Below are positions 1-12,644 of a stretch of DNA of 64,000 nucleotides, in pieces. This DNA is from Macrostomum lignano (Eukaryota). The stretch spans positions 1 through 64,000 of the forward strand of contig NIVC01000720.1 of the NCBI GenBank assembly GCA_002269645.1, given 5' to 3'. Below the pieces are notes generated by a model. It searched no databases. It had not been told where the DNA came from and saw only the letters and a list, made by a program, of their open reading frames with translations. The stretch's first letter is position 1. Every line of letters starts with the position of its first letter. Made by a program: the position numbers and the translations under genes.

Positions 1-2324
1 GCACATCGTAACGGATAAACAGTAAATAGTAGTCATTCACCGTGAAATAAGCTATAGTATACATATTTGGTATAACAAGCCCCTACAAGACCTTTGATAA
101 TTATGCGTGAAGTTTTAGCATGCCAGGTACTCGTATAATTAACATATCAACCATCGCCCAATTACGAGTAAATAGTTAATTGATCTAAGACAAAAAGAAT
201 CGTTAGTCTGGACAATCTGTATGCAGTTTGAATACATGCCTGCTTAACCAATGCGAACCACATTGAGTCCGGACTCCTGCAGCACTGCCTGTTTCAATTC
301 AGTTTTCGATTGTCTTCCACGCTTCCAACAAGATGCTTTTGTTCAGTAATGGCAGTCCACTATCTGGAAGAGTAGAGTATTAATAATGTACAGTTTTGTC
401 AACCTGCGACTAGAAACTTACTATTCACTTGACTCGGGCTTTGGCGTTTGCAGCACGGAAAATGGCGAATGAATTAAATGATGTAGTACGTAATAGCCTT
501 TACGATCTATTGCTAGCAATGTTTTAAGATTAAACCTAAGGTTAAAAAAGTCATTACACAAAATCTGTTGCCGCTTCCTGTAGCATGACTAAGTGCACAG
601 TATGCTCGTACAACACAGTGCAGTCCTTTCACTCTTCTGTTCGAATACTGGTTGACTGAAACGAACTTGTCGTAAAAGTGAGCGAAATTTGTTGGTCAGT
701 TTGTGCAAATGTGTATCTCGATGCGTACTGTAGAGCATGGATGTGCCACTTCAACGGGGGTTCAATGTAATGACTGGGCAGCGATGATTTAATCGCCCTC
801 TGTAGGCCGCTCCCGGAGTTTTTTCTGTTACAGCAGGTTCTGTTAGCCTTCGCTTGAGAGCTGTCTTGACAGCAGATATTGCCATCTCTGTGCGTTCTCG
901 TCGCAAAGCGTCGTCTGCCTTGTATATGGTTCTTGAAGTGAGGCATTTTTAGCAAGCATTTGTGTCAGATATTGTGTCGCTAGTTACCATATATGTCGCT
1001 TTACCACTTTTGGTTTCGATATAGTAAAGCTAGGGCCGTGTATTGCTATAGACACGGCCTATCAATACAATATTATAAGCGGATGCTCCATTGCTATCAA
1101 TGATTTTAAGCGGCAGCTAGAATGCATGATCCGTTATTGATTTTGGCTTTAGATCAGGCTTTGACGGTCTTCTGTTGGAATCGGTGGAGCCATAAAAGTG
1201 TACAATTTAAGTTCAGATGCGCCAGATTGAAACAGAGAAACGGCCTGAAGGGTTCCGCATTCTCGTATTGATAAGCTGCGTCTCATTTAACTCGACTTAC
1301 TGCACTGCATTGCCACAGTAGTACTCAGAGTGTAGTGCACCGCAGCCACCATTGTTCCGTCAATCTCTTGGCTAGGATAGTTGTCAGTGTCGTGAAAATT
1401 CTCCGCCTGAACAAATGCACCACCGACAGGTTGGCTGGCGTTCGAACAGCACAGCGGTGAATTGCTTAGGCAGTAGTTGTTGATCCCGAGGTTAGGGCCT
1501 GCTTAAAGCTGCCTCGCATTCCGGTTGCATTCCACTGAAAGGGGAAGCATCTTTTGTTAACCCGGAGCTCATGTCCTTGTGCATCTTAATAAAAGACAAG
1601 ATTATCAACTCACAAGTGTCAAATTTACTGGATAGTAGCTCTGGTAAATTGTTTTACCTCCCAAGTAGACGAATAGGCTGCTTTTCATCTGTTGGAGGTT
1701 TACTGCAAAGGAGCGAATTCGGTGGGTTTCAGCCATTCTATTGTGCATTCCACAGAAACAAAGGGATGTCACATGATCAGCTCTGAGCTTTTTCAGGTTA
1801 CCAGAATGGACTCTGATAGATTTGTCAGTGTCATCTGATAGACCTAGGCGTAGTCAAGACATAGGCGTATAAGGAACAGAGAGAGGCAAATGGGGCAATG
1901 GCTCCACCAGTTTTTTGTTATGAAACCACTTTAATTTTTGTTTTTAGACTTATTCTGCCAAGCCTGCTAGCCCCGTTCCTATGCTCATGCTGCAAAATGT
2001 TTAGCGCGAAAAAATACGCTCGTACTGTGATATATCGGTTGCCGATTTGCTGAAGTTAAGTCGTTGTTTAAATGTTATGTGCCTGGGTAATGCCAAAATC
2101 CTTATCAGGAATTCTTCCATTGACGCCAGGTAATTCTTATATCAAAAACAGTTTGACCTTGAAAGATCGTTGTTTTACATCGGTGCAAGTTTCGCTAATG
2201 GTTTGATAGAACTCAGTAATTCAGCAATATGCATCATCAATCGGTCTACTTTGGATAGCCACTTAAAACAGCTTCCATGGCATTCAAATTTTCAATTGTA
2301 ATTAGCAGGTAGCATAGAACAAAC

Positions 2325-4300
2325 CTTCACAACTCTCGCCGCCAAAGTTGGTAGGGCAGACGCATTTGCAAGCGCTGCCAAGCATAGTTGGACTGCCACC
2401 ATTCTTGCAGCTCACCGCCTGAGCAGTGCAGTCGTTGGGAATTGAACTCGCGTAGTAGATATTCTTTTCTAAAACATGAGTCATAGAAAAATCATTTTTT
2501 GTAGGGATGCTTAATATTTCGGTGGGTCCAAGTGAATCCATTTTTTTATTTTACTCGTACTTTCGCATCTAACACCATAGAAACCCGGTGGACAGGTGCA
2601 ACTGCAGAACGGCATTGTTGTCAAGTTGCCATAGTTCATGCAGGTCAGCTTGCAATCTGAAATTAGTTATAAATTTCTCGGTTCGTCATAAGATAAGAAA
2701 TGTACTTTTCTACTGTCCAACATGTATCTGTCTACATTTACTTACCGAATGGTCCCGGTATTGGCGCTGGCTCGCCGTACATGATGGCGTAGCAAAGGCC
2801 CTGTTGAGAGTAGGTGGCGTAACCGTTGCCGCACTTGGTGCCAGGCTCGCCGCTCAAATAGGGTGGACTGGCGTATTGCCTGCGGTTATTATGAATTCGG
2901 TAGGCTTGGTATTTGCATGACCTAATTGTTCCGCGGGAGTTGCTATCCTATAGAATATTCGGCTGTCTACAAGACCTCATAATGACCTCATGTTTTCTTG
3001 GGCATAGGTCACTTCAACCTTCGGTAGTCCACGACCTGGTGCATCCGCAGATTTTCCATGGATCGAGTCCATAGATCTTTGCTTGTCGATGACATGAACC
3101 TCAATTTTGTAGTAACACAAACCCTGTACCTAATTACACCCAAGGACTACTAAAGTAGAAGGTCGCAACACTCGAAATCTATGGAAAATGTTTTGAAGGC
3201 TACTTGTCCAAACAATGTCACTTTTGAATGGATCTCCTGGAAATGTTTTTTTCGCTGGGACCTTCGAAATCTATTCCCCTTTAAGATAAAATAGCATTCG
3301 CCGCTTTGGCTTAACTTAACTTTTTTTAAGCTTAACTTTTCTTAAGGCAACCCATTTTTTCAACAAAGTATATGCTTTGCTATCTAAAATTAGTCACATG
3401 CCTTAAACTCAATTTCTAACTCTTCGAATGGTTCGATTAGCCGTGTAGAATCTGTAAACAGTATAAATAAATGTTAATTGCAATGCGGGAGAATCCAGCA
3501 AATTTTTTATCTTAAGTGGCCTTCAAAACTTTTTTTCCCATGAAACGTGAGTGTCGCGTTCTGTATATACGTTGCTTTAGTTGTTCTTCATTACACCTTA
3601 ATACATTGTCTCGTTAGTTCAATAGCTTTCTGGGTATTCGATAAATTAAAGTTAATTTGGCTTTACCGGCTAAACTCGCACGCCGCCAGGTAGGCACCGT
3701 TGCACAGCTGCACGGCGCAGCCAATCCTGCTGGTGGCGGCGTGTACAAGCTGCAAATAGTGGCCGCAGGTTGTAAAAAACGGATACTTCGCGCCGCTACA
3801 CTGGCCAGTCGAATAGTTGTAGTTCTCTCGCTCCAGAAACATGAAGGCCAGAATGTGCTGGAAGTTGCGACTGCCACCGCGGTACAAAATTTCGCCCAGC
3901 GAAGCGTACGGGCCGCTGTAGTTGTGCTCAAACAGGCACCTGTTGGCCGCTTGTTGAGCCAGCATCTCCAAGTTTGTGTCCCAGAGCTAGTTAGAGAAAA
4001 CAGACTAACGTAAAGAAGTGGGCCGGCTTGTTGGGCCAAGTGTCGGGTTTACTTTCTGAATTGACACACTTCATCACATTTCATTTTGGTCTATGACAAT
4101 GTCCTATGCAGCTTTGACGCGATGGTACTCACCAAGCCGTTCATATCGGAAGCTTTCGGCACCGTGTTCCGCCTAAGATAATTGGCAAAGTCCAGAGTAC
4201 TAGCCTTCTCATCATCTGTGAGCATCTGACACCTAACACTGTGTGAAACTAGCAACAGCAAGGAGGAAGTGAAAAGCACTCCAATCATATGCCTATTCAT
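2325..4300 (-). CDS. Secreted CAP/SCP (CRISP/venom-allergen-like) protein with C-terminal EGF-like module; 3' end uncertain
   Basis: Exons 4300-4133, 3986-3667, 2921-2746 and 2468-2325 join in phase at GT-AG sites. Signal peptide (IGVLFTSSLLLLVSHSVRC), CAP motifs LWDTNLEMLAQQAANRC and CGHYLQLVHAATSRIGCAV, hinge PPYLSGEPGTKC...GLC, EGF CKNGG...CKCVCPTNFGGESCE. The exon-3 acceptor has a weak pyrimidine tract, and the terminal exon is unresolved. Confidence 0.85.
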
Positions 4301-4789
4301 TTTCCTTTTAGGTGCGTTTGAACAGCTGCTAAGACCGGATATAAACTCTCCTTGGCGACGGCGAAATGCCACCGTTTTTTAACTTGCAAAAATGAAAGTG
4401 AACCCTAAGGATTTTTTCTGGCCAAATATTTATACTCTATCTATAGTTCTATGTTACACATACAGCTGTGAGGTCTCTTCGTTCTTAATTTGCTAGTGCA
4501 CCTGTCGCTTTTTGTTGCCTTCAATGAGCGATATTGAGTTAAAGGCAAAATTCTTTGATATACCACCACAAATATAGATCGATGATTTTCTCATTTGCTC
4601 AGCCATTTTCGCCTTCCAATTTGTAACTGTTTAGGAAGATTTTACTCTTGCCCTGTCTACAAGTCTTCCTCTCGGTCTCTCACTTTATATTTTATTTTTA
4701 CAATGTGTTGTCTCCCCGTGTCTAGGTTCCCATTCGCAAGTCCCACTTAAGGAGTGTAACTACTCCCTAAATCTCACTTTTCTCTCTCT

Positions 4790-5830
4790 CTCCATGTTTC
4801 TTTCCTTCCGGTCCCTGAATCTCACCTCTCTTTCTGTCCATTTTCACTCCCGGTCCCTGAATCTCACCTTTCTTTCTCTATGTTCACTCCTCGGTCCCTG
4901 AATCTCACATTTCTCCCACTCCATGTTCACTCCCCGGTCCCTGAATCTCAACATTTCTCCCACTCCATGTTCACTCCCCGGTCCCTGAATCGTAACATTT
5001 CTCCCACTCCATGTTCACTCCCCGGTCCCTGAATCTCAACATTTCTCCCACTCCATGTTCACTCCCCGGTCCCTGAATCTCAACATTTCTCCCACTCCAT
5101 GTTCACTCCCCGGTCCCTGAATCGTAACATTTCTCCCACTCCATGTTCACTCCCCGGTCCCTGAATCTCAACATTTCTCCCACTCCATGTTCACTCCCCG
5201 GTCCCTGAATCTCACATTTCTCCCTATCCATATTCACTTCCCAGTCCCTGAATCTCACATTTCTCCCTATCCATATTCACTTCCCAGTCCCTGAATCTCA
5301 CATTTCTCCCTATCCATGTTCACTCCCCGGTCCCTGAATCTCAACATTTCTCCCACTCCATGTTCACTCCCCGGTCCCTGAATCTCAACATTTCTCCCAC
5401 TCCATGTTCACTCCCCGGTCCCTGAATCGTAACATTTCTCCCACTCCATGTTCACTCCCCGGTCCCTGAATCTCAACATTTCTCCCACTCCATGTTCACT
5501 CCCGGTCCCTGAATCTCACATTTCTCCCTATCCATATTCACTTCCCAGTCCCTGAATCTCACATTTCTCCCTATCCATATTCACTTCCCAGTCCCTGAAT
5601 CTCACATTTCTCCCTATCCATGTTCACTCCCCGGTCCCTGAATCTCAACATTTCTCCCACTCCATGTTCACTCCCCGGTCCCTGAATCTCAACATTTCTC
5701 CCACTCCATGTTCAGTCCCCGGTCCCTGAATCTCACATTTCTCCCACTCCATGTTCACTTCCCAGCCCCTGAATCTCACATTTCTCCCTATCCATATTCA
5801 CTCCCCGGTCTCTGAATCCCACACTTCTCC
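4790..5830. repeat. 43-44 bp tandem satellite (~24 copies) between the divergent CAP and MEIOB starts
   Basis: Unit ccccggtccctgaatctcaacatttctcccactccatgttcact with recurring variants; it ends about 60 bp before the MEIOB ATG. Confidence 0.95.
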
Positions 5831-5888
5831 TATTGAAACTAGCGCCACTGTGTGTTGAATCACCCAGCAGCTGCTCGGCATTCCAGCC

Positions 5889-6384
5889 ATGTCCGACTTC
5901 CTGCGCCTGCCCGTGGACTGTCCGCATCGGTCCTTGGACTCGCTGACCCCCGACGCCACCCGGTTCACAGTCCGCGGCCTGATCATCGCCAAGGACTCGC
6001 CCCGCCTTGTCAACACCCGCCAGGGCCGGCAGTCCAGCGTCCTGACGATCACGCTGCGCGACAGCCCCTCCGCCTACTGCCAGGTGTCCATCTGGGGCGA
6101 CGACGGTCACGTGAGAACCGTGAGCCGCGACCACGCGCGCCTGGGCTCGGTGGTGGACATTGTCAACGCCTCGGTCAGGCCGCCGCAAAACCCAGCTTAT
6201 CGGGTCAGCGGCGGCCTGCCCTTCAGCCTCAGCGTCAGCGAGAACCGCGGCAGCGTTGTCTGCTGCCGCCTCATCGACCCCAGCGAGGTGACTGTGTTTG
6301 AACGGCTGCGCCGCCAGCTGCTGCGACCGGCATCCGAGCACGTGACGCTTGGCCAGGTGCGCACCTTAGCGACTACTGACTAAG

Positions 6385-6445
<61 letters not shown>

Positions 6446-8475
6446 GACTAACTAACTAACTAACTAACTAACTAAATAACTAACTAAATAACTAACTAAC
6501 TAACTAACTAACTAACTGACTAACTAACTAACTAACTAACTAACTGACTAACTAACTAACTGACTAACTAACTAACTAACTAACTAACTAACCGAACGCC
6601 TTCTCCAGGCGCTTCGCTGCGCCACAGACCAGCCGCAGTACGCCAGCCTACTGGCGCTAATCCAGCGCGTCCACCGGCCGCGCCAGCTCACTACGCGCGA
6701 GGGCCGCGACACCTGCCGGGCCCAGCTGATTTTATGCGACGCAACCTGCCGCTCGTTTCCCCTCACCTTCTGGGGGCCGGAGAACTGCGAGGCCGCTGCG
6801 GCGCTCCGACCCGGCCAGGTGGTCAGCGTGGTCGACTGCCGGGTGTCTTCGGCCGGCAGATTCCGCAGCGACGCCGCCGAGGGCACGGTCGACAAGCGCA
6901 CCGTCCTGATCGTCGATCCGCTGTGCTCCGAGGCCGCCGCTCTGCTGTCTCAGGCGGCCGACCTGCTTGAGACTGGCGGCGATCTCGGCGCCGCAGCGGC
7001 AACTGCCAACAACGAGGAGATTGACGAGGATGTCACTGATGACGTCACCGAGCATGCCGGCCACGGAGCCCAGCGACATCTGCTGCATCAACAGCAGGTG
7101 GCTCCGCCGTTGCACGCGATCCACACCGTGCTGACGGCATTCAAGCTGTCCAGCTGCCCGCCGCCGGGTGTCGAGTACGCCATCGCCTTCGCCTGTCTCA
7201 CGGAGTTGAACATCGGCAGCGCCGAGTCGCCGCCGATCTCCCTGCGCTGCACTGTGTGCGCCGGCCGAGCCGCGGAGCCGGCAGCAGCTGGTGGCCGCCA
7301 GGCCGGCTGCCAGAACACTGGTTGCGCTGGCGCCGCGATGCCGCCGACTGAAGTGGCCAGCGTTACTCTGGAGGCGGCCGATCACACCGGCACTTTTCAT
7401 ATGCGGGCGCAGGGACAGGTGCGCTTCGTGCTGCTTGCCGTCTATGAGTTGGTGTGTGGCGCTGGGGCCTGTTGGGGCAATATTTCAGAGCCTGTATGCT
7501 GTCGCAGAGTAGGGACTCTGGAGTGGGAGTCATGCGGGAGAGGGAGAGCGGGGAGATGGAGGATGGAGGAAACGGAGGAGAAGACGATTGAAAAGGAGAA
7601 AGGAGAGGGAGAAAAAATATGTGGAGATAGGGGGATTCGGTAGAGAGGGGGAGATGATAGAGAGGGAAAGATGGTAGGGAGGGGGAGTTGGTAGAGAGGG
7701 GGAGACGGTAGAGAGGGGGTGACGGTAGAGAGGGGGAGACGATAGGGAGGGGGAGACGGTAGGGAGGGGGATACGGTAGAGAGGGGGAGACGGTAGAGAG
7801 GGAGAGACGGTAGGGAGGGGGATACGGTAGAGAGGGGGAGACGGTAGAGAGGGGGAGACGGTAGAGAGGGGGAGACGGTAGAGAGGGAGAGACGGTAGGG
7901 AGGGGGAGACGGTAGAGAGGGGGAGACGGTAGGGAGGTGGAGACGGTAGAGAGGGGGAGACGGTAGGGAGGGGGAGACGGTAGGGAGGGGAGACGGTAGA
8001 GAGGGGGAGACGGTAGAGAGGGGGAGACGGTAGAGAGGGGGAGACGGTAGAGAGGGGGAGACGGTAGAGAGGGGGAGACGGTAGAGAGAGGGATACGATA
8101 GAGAGGGAAAGACGGTAGGGAGGGGAAGACGGTAGGGAGGGGAGGACGGTAGGGAGGGGGAGACGGTAGGGAGAGGAGACGGTATAGAAAGCAAACCAGC
8201 ACCCCAGACTTCCATTCCCGATTCCCCTGATCCCTCCTGACCGCCCGCAGGTGCTGCTGCAGCTGTGCGGATTGGGCAGCCTGGATCAGCTGCGCTCAGC
8301 CAGCCAGGCGCACCTGTCCAGAGTCCGGTCCCGACTGCTGTTCACTCGGCTGAAGTTCTACGTTCGAGTGGTTCGAGCCACGCATCTGCAGCCCAGGCCG
8401 TGCATGCAGCTGCTGGCCTGTCAGCCAGTTGACACTCAGGAGCTCGCCCAGTGCCTGCGCTTGTCCGCGCTTTGA
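5889..8475 (+). CDS. MEIOB: Meiosis-specific OB-fold protein MEIOB (~500 aa)
   Basis: join(5889..6356,6609..7418,8251..8475) has all phase-0 GT-AG introns and totals 1503 nt. Motifs LRDSPSAYCQVSIWG, CDATCRSFPLTFWG, KRTVLIVDP, the zinc-finger C..C...C..C and AADHTGT align by eye with recalled vertebrate MEIOB (IRDSPAHFVNAASWG, YDETESSFAMTCWD, KTIITTNP, LTDHTGT). Confidence 0.9.
6379..6592 (+). repeat. (TAAC)n microsatellite filling most of MEIOB intron 1
   Basis: About 50 TAAC units with occasional TGAC/TAAA variants, ending about 16 nt before the AG acceptor at 6607-6608. Confidence 0.97.
7640..8185. repeat. Polypurine ~17-bp minisatellite (gagagggggagacggta) in MEIOB intron 2
   Basis: Directly visible; it accounts for the Pro/Ser-rich spurious minus-strand ORFs. 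Confidence 0.95.
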
Positions 8476-8547
8476 TTGGGGCCACTTTTCATTTTGTTCA
8501 ACTTTCTCCGCTGTTGCTAGCAGATTTAAAATCAACTGAATCAAACC

Positions 8548-8930
8548 CGCCCCCTTACAGAGCCTGTTCCCTACAGGATCCGCCCCCTTACAGAGCCTGT
8601 TCCCTACAGGATCCGCCCCCTTACAGAGCCTGTTCCCTACAGGATCCGCCCCTTACAGAGCCTGTTCCCTACAGGATCCGCCCCCTTACAGAGCCTGTTC
8701 CCTACAGGATCCGCCCCCTTACAGAGCCTGTTCCCTACAGGATCCGCCCCCTTACAGAGCCTGTTCCCTACAGGATCCGCTCCCTTACAGAGCCTGTTCC
8801 CTACAGGATCCGCTCCCTTACAGAGCCTGTTCCCTACAGGATCCGCCCCCTTACAGAGCCTGTTCCCTACAGGATCCGCCCCCTTACAGAGCCTGTTCCC
8901 TACAGGATCCGCTCCCTTACAGAGCCTGTT
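8548..8930. repeat. 33-bp minisatellite just downstream of the MEIOB stop
   Basis: Unit ccccttacagagcctgttccctacaggatccgc with +/-1 variants, about 11 copies. Confidence 0.95.
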
Positions 8931-9321
8931 CTCTTTTACAGCCGTTATTTACAGACAAGTACAGTTTTTGTTTTAATTTTTACTCGTTAATTTCGGCATT
9001 GTTTGGCAAACTTTATAATTCCTGTTGTTTTTCCTGTTGTTTTACAGGTCGCTGCAATTCAAGTAAAATAAAAGCTGTTCTGCTGCTTATAGTCTTCTTT
9101 TAGACTCCGTTGTCACCGTTTTGATATATGGATTATTGTTTGTTTGCTTCTTATTCCCGTTCGGAAAATTCTATGGCCATAGAAGAAGTGATGAATGATG
9201 AATGATCATGATCATTGTTTAGCAATTTGACGATCATTATTCACATTTTTAATGCAGAACAATCCATTACTACAAACAATGCATTGTCTGTAGGATCGTC
9301 AAACAGAAAAACAATGCAAAG

Positions 9322-9405
9322 AATCAGCGGTCCCAGTGCGTGACAACGATTGTCTGGCGAGCGCCGGCGGCAGACAATCGTTGTCACGCACTGGGACCGC
9401 TGATT
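9322..9405. repeat. Perfect 35-bp inverted repeat with 14-nt loop (hairpin or mini-MITE)
   Basis: aatcagcggtcccagtgcgtgacaacgattgtctg (9322-9356) and its exact reverse complement (9371-9405). Confidence 0.95.
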
Positions 9406-9652
9406 ATTTATCCATTGTACTGATACTTACACACGTTCACAATTGGAACAACTCTTGGTCATTTTTCCACAGTTTTCAAATATAGCATTTTGCAGCCCAT
9501 TGACATATGGCCAAGCATTCTTAAATGGATTTACTGCACGGCTTGGGATTTACTGCACAGTCGCGTTATCTATCTATGTCTATGGCTAAAACCAGAAGAA
9601 TGCTTTGCTCATAAATCAATGAATCTATCACTAGGTTTCGAGTGCGTAAATA

Positions 9653-10435
9653 GTCTATGGCACGAGTGTGCGTTAATCTACCATTTGGGCTTACGCGCAT
9701 TTAATTTAATCCAAGATACGTTTGCCAATGTAACAGAGCTTTTGTCTATGGTAGCAAGGCTGGCGCAGCGGCATTTAATTTGGTCCAACAAGCATCTATT
9801 TGGTCCAAACACTCGTGAGCCATTGGCCTTCTCTCAACCGTCTGCAGGTTGTTGCGCACCGCTGGAATATCAGCGTCTCTACCAAAAGTTTTCAGTTGCT
9901 TTTCCAGAGCTCTGCTGATAGTCGAAATCTGATAACCAACTGGAGCTGTTCCCTCAACTTCTGCTGCATTTTCTGAAACGTCAACAAAGGGTTCGTCTCC
10001 ACTGCATCGAGTAGCAGTTGGACCTGAGGCTCTCGAGCAACTTTTCTTGGCGATTGCCACCCTTTCGCAGGCAATCTCTGCCGGCAGAGTTTCAACGCGC
10101 TGCTGGATGCTGTAAACCACCTTTTCTTTTACATTCAGCAACCTTGCAATGTCCTTTGGGTGTTCACCTCCGTCGAGTGCTTCGATCACAAGCCAATGAC
10201 ATTCGTTCAACAGCCTAGCATATGGTCCACAATTCTGGGACTGAGCTGCAAATGAACTAAATGGACCAAATTGATGCTTGTTGGACCAAATTAATGCTTG
10301 TTGGACCAAATTAAATGCCGCTGTGCCAGCCTTGCTACCATAGACAAAAGCTCCATTACTTTGACAAACATATCTTGGATTAAATTCAATGCGCGTAAGC
10401 CCAAATGGGCTGCAAAACGCTATATTACCATAGAC
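9653..10435 (-). mobile_element. Non-autonomous IS630/Tc1-like element with long inverted repeats and a frameshifted N-terminal HTH remnant
   Basis: Inverted arms at about 9680-9805 and 10262-10410. The interior encodes LVIEALDGGEHPKDIARLLNVKEKVVYSIQQR, then in another frame LLLDAVETNPLLTFQKMQQKL, resembling paired-like HTH1/HTH2 of Tc1/IS630 transposases. No DDE region is present. Confidence 0.7.
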
Positions 10436-11019
10436 ATTTGGATTCAAAACATTCATCGCAGAGTATTTTTGTTAATAAATAAAGAACAGCAAGGAGTAGC
10501 TCGTAAATGAACAAAATAGGCAACAATCAATAAAACTGAAGTACAGCAGCAATACGAAAAGAGTTCATGATAAATTATGCCCCAGAGCACTTAATCAGTT
10601 TGTAGTCGAAGCTTGACGATGTGATAACCCAAGGTGATGCGTACAGTTCTCAAAGCGGCAGTTCCCAAAGATGCTAGACACTTAAGCCTAATGATTTAGC
10701 ACTGGTTGGTCTCCTCCTTTAGGTGCTAAAGTATAGTTGTCGAACTTGCTAATTGAAAGATGCAAGTCTTGGCTTGCAGTAACTTGTTCGTCTGATGAGC
10801 TTCCTTTGGTATCGGTTATTATTCAAGCGAAGTTCAGACAAAAATTGCAACTCTTACATATTTACACTGTTTTTAAGGCGTCGACAGGAAGAGGTTTCCA
10901 ATTAATAAGTGCGGCTGGCAGACGAGACATATCAGGTAGCTTGACAAGACGCATGCAAAATCAGCACTTATCGCAGTTGTTGTCTATGGTCAAAGTAAGG
11001 CAAATCACAGGTTCTATGG
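10428..11019. mobile_element. Dispersed repeat, copy A (homologous to 46010-46782 in the opposite orientation)
   Basis: The reverse complement of ~46010-46782 aligns by eye along this interval in shared blocks, e.g. ccatagacatttggatt, tttgttaataaat, cagttctcaaagc, cgtctgatgagctt, tcagcac and gtctatggtcaaa. Bounded by CCATAGAC and (G/T)TCTATGG. Confidence 0.75.
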
Positions 11020-11119
11020 TAAAATGTTTAGTGCGAAGCGTGCGGCTTCTATAATTTTAGAGCCTCTAGCCAAGAGCCTCTTAGCAACCTGGAGTGAAAA
11101 AAAGTGTTTGTCTATGTTA

Positions 11120-11990
11120 GTCTGGCCCACAGACTCTATAAACACTAGATGGCTCACTCTCCATTCCTTCAGTGGAGGCCAAATTCTCACTGTCTATGGT
11201 TGGAATCCCTCGCTCGCGAGACTTCGCTCCCCCCCCCCCGCGCCAGCAGCTTATAACTAGCGTAGAGCCAGCAAAAATACTTTTCTCTCACTGATTCTAG
11301 CACACCCAGTTCTTTCTCCTGCAACAACTAGATAGAATTATATATTTGACACTGAACACCTAGGCGAAAACCAACAAGCTTCTGGTAATGAACTCAAAAA
11401 TCTGCTGTGCCTTATTGTATGTATACAATAAAGTGCCTTTAAATCTCCTATCTGTTCAATGCTTAATGTTTTTGCCTCGAAAGTGCCGAAATTTCGCTAT
11501 AAATTTTGATTCAACAAATTCGGAGGCTTCCAGTTTTACCCAGCCACCTCCACAAATGATGGCACCAGGTTGTGAAAATCTGAAGGCAGTAGGATTTTCC
11601 AATCAGAATTTATGCGACAATTATCGGCACTTTAAGAGACTTCTTTACGATATGCCTTTGTTTAAGTGCCGATAATTGTGGTATAACGTGTGACAAGCAG
11701 GTCCTATTGACGTCAGCTTTTCACAGTATGCTGCTTTTATCTAAACGAAGGACAGTGTGAAATTTGAGAAAAAAAGTGCAAAAAGTTCGGCAATTCCTCG
11801 CTTTCACTTCCCATAGCTAGAAGAATAGAACAAAGTAGAAGAGTATAGAACACATTAAAAGCCTGCGTTTAACAGTAGTTTAGTTAGGGCTAAAATAGCG
11901 ATTCCAACCATAGACGATCTGTTTGGGAGCAAGATTTTTCGCGGAGTGAGCCATCTAGTGTTTATAGAATCTGTGGGGGTCTGGCCTCGT
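11120..11990. mobile_element. ~870-bp element with terminal inverted repeats (MITE-like)
   Basis: cccacagactctataaacactagatggctcactc...gtctatggttggaat (11125-11205) is mirrored by attccaaccatagac...gagtgagccatctagtgtttatagaatctgtggg (11900-11980). Confidence 0.7.
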
Positions 11991-12644
11991 GAGGTAAAAC
12001 AGAGTCAGACAGAGCCATAGACATTCAGTGCTGGCTCCTTATCTTTACAATTGGCGTGGCCTAGAGGTAAAACTCGCTTCCACTCCAGATTGCTACGTAT
12101 AGAACTCCTTGCTTAAGCTTACAGAGTGAATGAGGTAATTTAATTATCTCGTCAACTTTTGCTGTAATATAGCAGTCGAAATAAGTCGCAATTGCATCGA
12201 TATATTTAAGTGGAATATTTTTTAAAACTGTTAAGCACCATAAAAACAGACATTTTAAAACTCGATTTAGCAGAGCATCCATAAACCATTCTGGGGAACA
12301 GTATCGTCAGTAATAAAACCGGGCCTTCCGACTTTCAGGCCACGCACAGGCCGTTCCGCCTGCGCCGGAAGCGCCGACCGCAGCGGCTGGCCGGCCTGCC
12401 CCTGGCGTACGGGAACTCGTTGTTGAAGTTGCCGCCAGTGGCATAGTTGCACACCACGTGGTACGGGTACCTGCCGCACCTGGCCACTCCGCAGCCCACG
12501 CGGGTCGTCTTTGCCCATACCACCTGCGTGTAGTGGCCGCAGACCTTCGAGCAAGATTTTCTGTAGTAGTTGTAGTACTTTTACTCGTTGAACCACATGC
12601 GAACGTATCTGCAATGGGGGGGGGGAAGGCGGTGGGATTCAAGC

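Noticed and set aside
629-955. 108-aa minus-strand ORF
   Set aside because: No recognisable motif or splice support.
1290-2270. Possible further 3' exons of the CAP-EGF gene (e.g. ~1500-1290)
   Set aside because: One phase-compatible open stretch exists, but the intervening candidate exon has stops and nothing recognisable is encoded, so it cannot be supported without transcripts.
10428-11019. CCATAGAC as a target-site duplication
   Set aside because: The copies bounding this and most other elements are inverted, not direct, and the TA flank is not consistent (46010 is preceded by TAC).
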